Below are positions 27,996 to 33,348 of a stretch of DNA of 33,348 bases, piece after piece. The notes beneath the pieces are model-generated. The model was given only the letters and a program-made list of their open reading frames with translations, did not search any database and was not told the DNA's origin. The stretch spans positions 1 to 33,348 of the forward strand of contig JAYEOW010000038.1 in the NCBI GenBank assembly GCA_034723395.1. The letters run 5' to 3'. This stretch comes from Candidatus Margulisiibacteriota bacterium. Its GTDB lineage: Bacteria > Margulisbacteria > WOR-1 > O2-12-FULL-45-9. Position numbers and translations under genes: made by a program. Position 1 is the first letter of the stretch. Each line of letters opens with the position of its first letter.

Positions 27996-28010
27996 AGATC
28001 TCCATTATAA

Positions 28011-28040
28011 CGCAAGAATTTGGCTTAATAAACCGATATG
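28011..28040 (+). promoter_or_regulatory. Sigma-28-like promoter motif, copy E
   Basis: CGCAAGAA-tttggcttaataaa-CCGATATG (CAAG-N15-aCCGATA). The upstream box is divergent. Confidence 0.5.
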
Positions 28041-28086
28041 TGTTATGTAAGGGTACGTGTGTATCTTTATAAGGAGAGCATGTGCA

Positions 28087-30255
28087 ATGCCAGCATTGTC
28101 AGCGGTAGCATTATATAGAAGAATTCAATCATCGCTTACTTCAAGAGCAGTGCGTTCGCCGTACGTGAACAGCAAGACCGTTGAACGTAATGGCCGCCAA
28201 TATCTTTCGATCTCTTCGCCCAGCCGGTTGCTTTTAACCGCGCTGGCGTGGATGCATAAAAAGAATGTCCTCTATCCTTTTGGCCATCCATTCTTTAAAC
28301 TATCCGGAAATACGGCCGATAAAACCAGGAAGGTTATCGACCTAAAACTCCCCCGGGACATTAAAAGTTATGAGACCTTGGCCGAGCATATTAAGAACCA
28401 TCCTAGTCCGGCCGATAAGGGTTTTAATAAAGAAAAGGGTCCGTTCCACTTGGACGATGTTATTGCCATCGCGGCAAAAGTTGCTGACGGGATTGCGGTA
28501 GCGGAAGATGTTAATGTATTGCTCAGGATCTCTCCTGAAGGGATCGTGGCCAGGAACAGCCGGACCGCCGGATCTGAGTTCAGGGAGTGGGACCTGTTTT
28601 TCATGGACCTAAACCACGCATCGCTGACCAAAGATGGATACCGGGGGATCGAGGGGCTGGACCGCGATAATCTTTCCCCGGAGGAGATCCGAGGCGATAA
28701 CAGTACGGTCTATTCCGAACGATATCGTTTGGGTATTTTGCTTTACACCTTATTGACCAGAAAAAATCCGTTCAAGGCTTTACGTGCCGAGTACAATGGT
28801 AAACCGCCACAGAATTTGGCAAAATTATTGGAAACCCGCCTGCGAAAAGAAAACGATCCTCTTTTAACCGCCCGGCTGGAGTTTGAACCTAAATTTGCGC
28901 AGAAAGAGATCTACGCGCTGCTTAAGGGGTTATTGGCCCGAGAAGGAAGCACGAGAATTACAGCTAAGGAAATGTTTGAACACTTAAGAAAACTTGAAGA
29001 AAGATATATTATCCATATTGATACCGCTTTGACGAATGGGAACGGACCGTTACATGTTGGAATGGAATACAGGATCAAGGAGAATATTAATAAACTTGGT
29101 GAGGGAGGGATGGCAAACGTTGTTGAATTCGACGCTTATAAAACGGGTGTGGGATGGAGAAAACTTAAAGGAGCGGCAAAGGTTACAAAAATGGATAGCG
29201 AGTTCCAGGAATATTTTGAGACTGAGTTGAATATACTGCATTTATTAAAAGATCTAAAAAATGTGATTTCTGTTGTGCGCAGTAATATTCACGGCGAGTT
29301 AGCCGGTTTCAGGGACAAAACAGGCAGTGATATTGTTGAAAACCATTCGATGGTCGAGGGGCGTGCGATCCATTTCGAGCGGATATATGATACATTAAAT
29401 GCTAAAGCCCGGATAAAGCCGATCAAAAGCGCGGAACAGCTTTATGATGTTTTGGAAATGCTCATCAGGATAGGGGAAACATTAAAAAAGATCCACGCAC
29501 GGGGGATCTTTCACCGCGATCTTAAATTTGAAAATATCGGCATGAGAGATGCGAGCTGGAATCCGGAAGGGATAAGAATATTGGACTTTGGCGTCGCAGT
29601 AGATACCCATAATAAAGAGCAGATGGAGAAGGAGGCGGAAACTTCCGGGCTTGGTCTGATAAAAGGGACCCCGTTCTATATGTCTCCGGAGATGACTAGG
29701 GGAGAGATCGATCTAAAAACCGATGTCTACTCATTAGCCACCATGTTTTACGAGCTGCTCTACGGCAAAAAAGGGGCAAATATAAAAGTAAAAACCTTGA
29801 GAGAAGCGCTTACTCAGATAACTCGCGGACATAGGTTAAATATTGTTCTGGAGACATTGAAAAATGGTTCGATATTGTTGGATAATAATGATCTGGCTGC
29901 CGGGCCGTCGTTAAAAAAGAGGGATCAGGTTAAAGCGAAAGAGCGGGAAGATGCAGATGTTTTTGAGGCGGATACGCTTGATTTTAAAAAGAATAGCCGT
30001 GATTTTGATATCATAAACGGACAGATGGCAAAGCGGGCGGGACCGGAGACCGGGCTGGCAAGACTAAATGGATCCGGCAAAGAGGTGCGCAGGCGGCTGG
30101 TAAGTATATTTACGCGCGCTTTAGCCACCGACCCGAAAAACAGAAACAGCATGGCCCAATTTGTTTACGGGCTGCAAGACCTGCGGGAATATATAGATAT
30201 TACGTTTGGGATAAGTGAAAAACGGGTTAAGACAAGAAGGGGACGGTTTGCCTGA
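28087..30255 (+). CDS. Hanks-type Ser/Thr protein kinase with an N-terminal degenerate kinase domain
   Basis: C-terminal domain has LGEGGMANV, AAK, HRDLKFEN, DFG, GTPFYMSPE, DVYSLA. AAGGAG precedes ATG 28087. Confidence 0.88.
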   Translation: MPALSAVALYRRIQSSLTSRAVRSPYVNSKTVERNGRQYLSISSPSRLLLTALAWMHKKNVLYPFGHPFFKLSGNTADKTRKVIDLKLPRDIKSYETLAEHIKNHPSPADKGFNKEKGPFHLDDVIAIAAKVADGIAVAEDVNVLLRISPEGIVARNSRTAGSEFREWDLFFMDLNHASLTKDGYRGIEGLDRDNLSPEEIRGDNSTVYSERYRLGILLYTLLTRKNPFKALRAEYNGKPPQNLAKLLETRLRKENDPLLTARLEFEPKFAQKEIYALLKGLLAREGSTRITAKEMFEHLRKLEERYIIHIDTALTNGNGPLHVGMEYRIKENINKLGEGGMANVVEFDAYKTGVGWRKLKGAAKVTKMDSEFQEYFETELNILHLLKDLKNVISVVRSNIHGELAGFRDKTGSDIVENHSMVEGRAIHFERIYDTLNAKARIKPIKSAEQLYDVLEMLIRIGETLKKIHARGIFHRDLKFENIGMRDASWNPEGIRILDFGVAVDTHNKEQMEKEAETSGLGLIKGTPFYMSPEMTRGEIDLKTDVYSLATMFYELLYGKKGANIKVKTLREALTQITRGHRLNIVLETLKNGSILLDNNDLAAGPSLKKRDQVKAKEREDADVFEADTLDFKKNSRDFDIINGQMAKRAGPETGLARLNGSGKEVRRRLVSIFTRALATDPKNRNSMAQFVYGLQDLREYIDITFGISEKRVKTRRGRFA

Positions 30256-30697
30256 CCTCAGGATTTGGATCGCTGCGTGAGATCATTATTCTGATATCAC
30301 GTGCCTCTCTAGCGCTTCGGCCGCCTAAAATCCTTTTCGCGGATTTTTCTTGCCCGCAAAGGATCAATAACCTTATCAGGTGAAACAATCTTCTGCCGTA
30401 AATACCAGAGGGGTTGATGAAGCGGGGGTTCTCGATTTTTTTTCCAAATTCTACGAGAATACTTCCTGCCAGCAGATTGAGGCTAGGATCGCTTTTGAAA
30501 TGTTGCAAAATATATTCGATGGTCGGCTTTAGCTCTTTATTATCGACGTGAAGCTTTCGAAGATTAAAGAGATCAATCTCTTTTTCTCTTAGTGAACCTC
30601 GGTTCTGGATCGAAATGATCGCTTTACGCGCCCATATTTTACGGACAGGTGGTCGCTGCGCGGGAATCGTTGGTGTTCCGCCTATCGTAATGCTCAT
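30227..30697 (-). CDS. Orphan hypothetical protein (156 aa), sigma-28-like motif upstream
   Basis: Start re-placed to ATG 30697 (GGAGGT ribosome-binding site), giving MSITIGGTPTIPAQRPP. 3' end overlaps the kinase gene by 29 nt. Confidence 0.65.
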   Translation of the reverse strand: MSITIGGTPTIPAQRPPVRKIWARKAIISIQNRGSLREKEIDLFNLRKLHVDNKELKPTIEYILQHFKSDPSLNLLAGSILVEFGKKIENPRFINPSGIYGRRLFHLIRLLILCGQEKSAKRILGGRSAREARDIRIMISRSDPNPEVRQTVPFLS

Positions 30698-30712
30698 TTT
30701 TACCTCCGGATA

Positions 30713-30742
30713 ATTATCATTAATATTCCCGGTTAATTTCAC
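30713..30742 (-). promoter_or_regulatory. Sigma-28-like promoter motif, copy F
   Basis: GTGAAATT-aaccgggaatatta-ATGATAAT. Confidence 0.6.
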
Positions 30743-30758
30743 TATTTTTATTAAATTG

Positions 30759-30787
30759 TTGCGCGGGATTTAGGTTAGTGCTATAAT
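30759..30787 (+). promoter_or_regulatory. Sigma-70 promoter of gap-pgk
   Basis: TTGCGC-17-TATAAT with TG extension. Confidence 0.7.
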
Positions 30788-30864
30788 ACTTTTTTGTTTG
30801 TCGACCCCTCGGCTCGCCACTGCGTGACTCGCTCGGGGAAAAATTAAAAAGGGGGAAATTTTTC

Positions 30865-31881
30865 ATGGCTATCAAGGTAGGGATCAATGGTTTCGGAAGG
30901 ATCGGGAGAAATGTTTTAAGGGCGGCCCTAAAATACGGTAACAAGGAGCTTGAGTTCGTTGCGGTAAACGATCTTACCGACAGTAAAACCCTGGCTCATT
31001 TGTTGAAATATGATTCGGTCCACGGTATTCTTGGAGAGGAAGTAAAGACTGTTGAAGGGGGGATCTCCGTTGCCGGAGAGACGATCAAAGTCCTGTCCGA
31101 GAGAGACCCTTCAAAACTCCCCTGGAAAGATTTGGGCGTTCAGGTTGTCCTGGAGTGCACCGGGATGTTTACCGATGCGGAAAAGGCTTCCGCCCATTTA
31201 AAAGCTGGCGCGAAATATGTTGTAATTTCCGCCCCGGCAAAAGGGAAGGGCGCTGCCACGATCGTCCTCGGAGTAAATGACGATAAACTGGATGAGTCCT
31301 GCACGGTTATATCCAACGCATCCTGTACCACAAACTGTTTAGCTCCTGTGGCTAAAGTACTTAATGATTCTTTTAAGATTAAAAGAGGATTAGTGACTAC
31401 TATCCATTCATATACCAACGACCAAAAGATATTAGACCTGCCGCATAAAGATCTTAGAAGATCAAGGGCTGCCGCAATGTCCATGATCCCGACAACCACC
31501 GGCGCCGCGAAAGCGGTCGGACTGGTTATCCCGGAACTTAACGGAAAGTTGAATGGAATGGCAATCCGTGTTCCTACTCCTGATGTTTCCCTGGTTGACC
31601 TGGTTGTCGAATTAGAGAAAACGGCTACGGCTGAAGAGATTAACGCAGCATTTAAAAAAGCGACAGAAGGCGAGCTTAAGGGGATTCTTGGTTATTCTGA
31701 GGAGCTGTTGGTTTCGGTGGATTATACCGGCAATCCTCTCTCTTCGATCGTTGACGCAAAATCAACCATGGTGTTGGATAATAACTTTGTAAAGGTATTA
31801 TCCTGGTACGATAACGAATGGGGCTTCTCCTGCCGCATGGTCGATCTGATGGGATTGATCGGCAAGAAGTGTAAGATCTAG
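30865..31881 (+). CDS. gap: Glyceraldehyde-3-phosphate dehydrogenase, type I
   Basis: INGFGRIGR, SNASCTTNCLAP, RVPTPDVS, WYDNEWG. Confidence 0.98.
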   Translation: MAIKVGINGFGRIGRNVLRAALKYGNKELEFVAVNDLTDSKTLAHLLKYDSVHGILGEEVKTVEGGISVAGETIKVLSERDPSKLPWKDLGVQVVLECTGMFTDAEKASAHLKAGAKYVVISAPAKGKGAATIVLGVNDDKLDESCTVISNASCTTNCLAPVAKVLNDSFKIKRGLVTTIHSYTNDQKILDLPHKDLRRSRAAAMSMIPTTTGAAKAVGLVIPELNGKLNGMAIRVPTPDVSLVDLVVELEKTATAEEINAAFKKATEGELKGILGYSEELLVSVDYTGNPLSSIVDAKSTMVLDNNFVKVLSWYDNEWGFSCRMVDLMGLIGKKCKI

Positions 31882-31892
31882 AGGTAATTGCG

Positions 31893-33095
31893 TTGGCAAA
31901 AAAGACGGCCGCGGATATTTTGGATAAGGACCTGAAAGGTAAAAAGGTTTTCGTCCGCTGTGATTTCAACGTCCCTTTGGATGATAAACAAAATATAAGC
32001 TCGGATAAAAGGATCAAAGCGTCCATTCCGACGATCGAATTCCTAAACAAAAAAGGCGCGATCCTTATTCTCGCTTCTCACCTCGGACGCCCAAAAGGCG
32101 AAGTTAAAAGAGAGATGAGTCTTGCTCCGGTCCAAAAAAGGCTATCTGAACTCTTGAATAAAGAAGTGAAGATGGTCTCGGATTGTATCGGACCGGAAGT
32201 CAAAACGGCGGTTTCCGGATTAAAAGAAGGTGATATCCTCCTTTTAGAAAACCTCCGTTTCCACAAAGCAGAAACAAAGAACGATCCGGAATTTGCTAAA
32301 GAATTATCTTCACTTGCCGATATCTATGTTTCCGACGCATTTGGAACGGTCCATCGCGCCCACGCTTCGACCGAGGGGATCGCCCATCTTCTTCCTGCCT
32401 ATGCCGGTTTTCTAATTGAAAAAGAGCTAAAGTTCTTAGGAGATGCGCTAACCGAGCCCAAACGGCCATTTGTCGCGATAATCGGCGGCGCGAAAATATC
32501 CGGTAAACTTCAAGTATTGAAAAGCCTGTTAAAACAGGTTGATACATTGATCGTTGGCGGCGGCATGGCTTATACATTCTTTAAAGCGCGCGGGATCGAT
32601 ATTGGAAAATCGATCTGTGAAGATGATCTTATCCCTGAAGCAAAAGAAATATTAAAAGCGGCGATCGATGAAGAAGTCCCATTCCTTCTTCCGATTGACC
32701 ACGTTGTGGCGGATGATTTTTCGGAAAATGCAAATGTCCAGATTGTTCCACGCACCACTATTCCCGGAGGTTGGCAGGGAATGGATATTGGTCCGGACAC
32801 AGTTAAAAAATTTAAAAACGCGTTAAAAGATGCAGGGACGATCGTTTGGAATGGACCGATGGGCGTGTTTGAAATGGATGAATTCGCCAAGGGGACTCTC
32901 GAAGTTGCAAAGGCGGTTGCCAAAGCGACCGAAAATGGCGCCGTTTCAATTATTGGAGGCGGGGATTCCGCTTCTGCGGTTAAGAAAGCTGGACTTGCAG
33001 ATAAGATGTCGCATATTTCGACCGGTGGCGGAGCTTCTTTGGAATTTCTTGAGGGTAAGGTTCTTCCCGGGATCGCAATCCTTCAGGAGAAGTAG
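31893..33095 (+). CDS. pgk: Phosphoglycerate kinase
   Basis: RCDFNVP, SHLGRPKG, LLENLRF, HRAHAS, WNGPMGVFE, STGGGASLEFLEG. Confidence 0.98.
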   Translation: MAKKTAADILDKDLKGKKVFVRCDFNVPLDDKQNISSDKRIKASIPTIEFLNKKGAILILASHLGRPKGEVKREMSLAPVQKRLSELLNKEVKMVSDCIGPEVKTAVSGLKEGDILLLENLRFHKAETKNDPEFAKELSSLADIYVSDAFGTVHRAHASTEGIAHLLPAYAGFLIEKELKFLGDALTEPKRPFVAIIGGAKISGKLQVLKSLLKQVDTLIVGGGMAYTFFKARGIDIGKSICEDDLIPEAKEILKAAIDEEVPFLLPIDHVVADDFSENANVQIVPRTTIPGGWQGMDIGPDTVKKFKNALKDAGTIVWNGPMGVFEMDEFAKGTLEVAKAVAKATENGAVSIIGGGDSASAVKKAGLADKMSHISTGGGASLEFLEGKVLPGIAILQEK

Positions 33096-33171
33096 GGGGC
33101 TGTAGCTCAGTCGGGAGAGCATCGCGTTCGCAACGCGGGGGTCGTGGGTTCAAATCCCATCAGCTCCACCA
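33096..33171 (+). tRNA. tRNA-Ala(CGC)
   Basis: GGGGCTG acceptor stem with G3:U70, anticodon arm TCGCG-TTCGCAA-CGCGG, T loop GGTTCAAATCC, encoded CCA. 76 nt. Confidence 0.95.
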
Positions 33172-33195
33172 TTTTGGGAAATAGATAATAGGATA

Positions 33196-33284
33196 ATGCA
33201 GCAGACATTAGTAGTAATTAAACCGGACGGACTGAAAAAATCTTTAACCGGCAATGTTTTGACCCGTTTATCAGAAGGCAAGTT
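33196..33284 (+). CDS. ndk: Nucleoside diphosphate kinase, N-terminal fragment (truncated by fold-back)
   Basis: MQQTLVVIKPDGLKKSLTGNVLTRLSEGK. The continuation LRIVAAKVVEVSKELA is on the opposite strand. Confidence 0.85.
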
Positions 33285-33348
33285 CTTTGGAGACCTCAAC
33301 AACTTTGGCGGCAACGATCCTTAACTTGCCTTCTGATAAACGGGTCAA
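33259..33348. other. Terminal fold-back inversion (perfect 26-bp inverted repeat)
   Basis: 33259-33284 is the exact reverse complement of 33323-33348. Confidence 0.9.

Noticed and set aside
30698..30742. GTG start at 30742 given by the ORF track
   Set aside because: That GTG lies in the promoter motif, whereas ATG 30697 has a GGAGGT ribosome-binding site.
33259..33348. IS/MITE terminal inverted repeats or hairpin telomere
   Set aside because: Both arms and the loop are ndk coding sequence, consistent with a fold-back artefact.

Overview
A 33.3 kb bacterial genomic segment, probably a whole contig. Gene content and style suggest a diderm candidate-phylum organism such as Saganbacteria/WOR-1; this is inference, not tested. 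The housekeeping backbone is trmH-pheS-pheT-mutS, tandem-domain thyX, a GH57-galT-glgA glycogen cluster, yebC-PHP-hisF-ispA-trpE-rodA, an LptC/LptA-like gene and gap-pgk-tRNA-Ala(CGC)-ndk, with a KilA-N/Bro-N remnant at the left end. Main observations: (1) Six accessory genes (five orphans plus a tandem pseudokinase-kinase gene) are each preceded by the same 30-bp motif, CTGAAATT-N14-(C/A)CGATA(A/T). It has sigma-28/FliA geometry; the kinase copy has a divergent upstream box, and a seventh, weaker copy precedes a further orphan. No exact-spacing copy was seen before housekeeping genes, which instead carry extended -10 sigma-70 boxes, often leaderless. This suggests a dispersed alternative-sigma regulon of possibly exported, effector-like proteins. 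(2) Three copies of a covarying 28-nt REP-like hairpin lie inside the intact mutS reading frame. (3) The right end is a fold-back chimera inside ndk, most likely an artefact.
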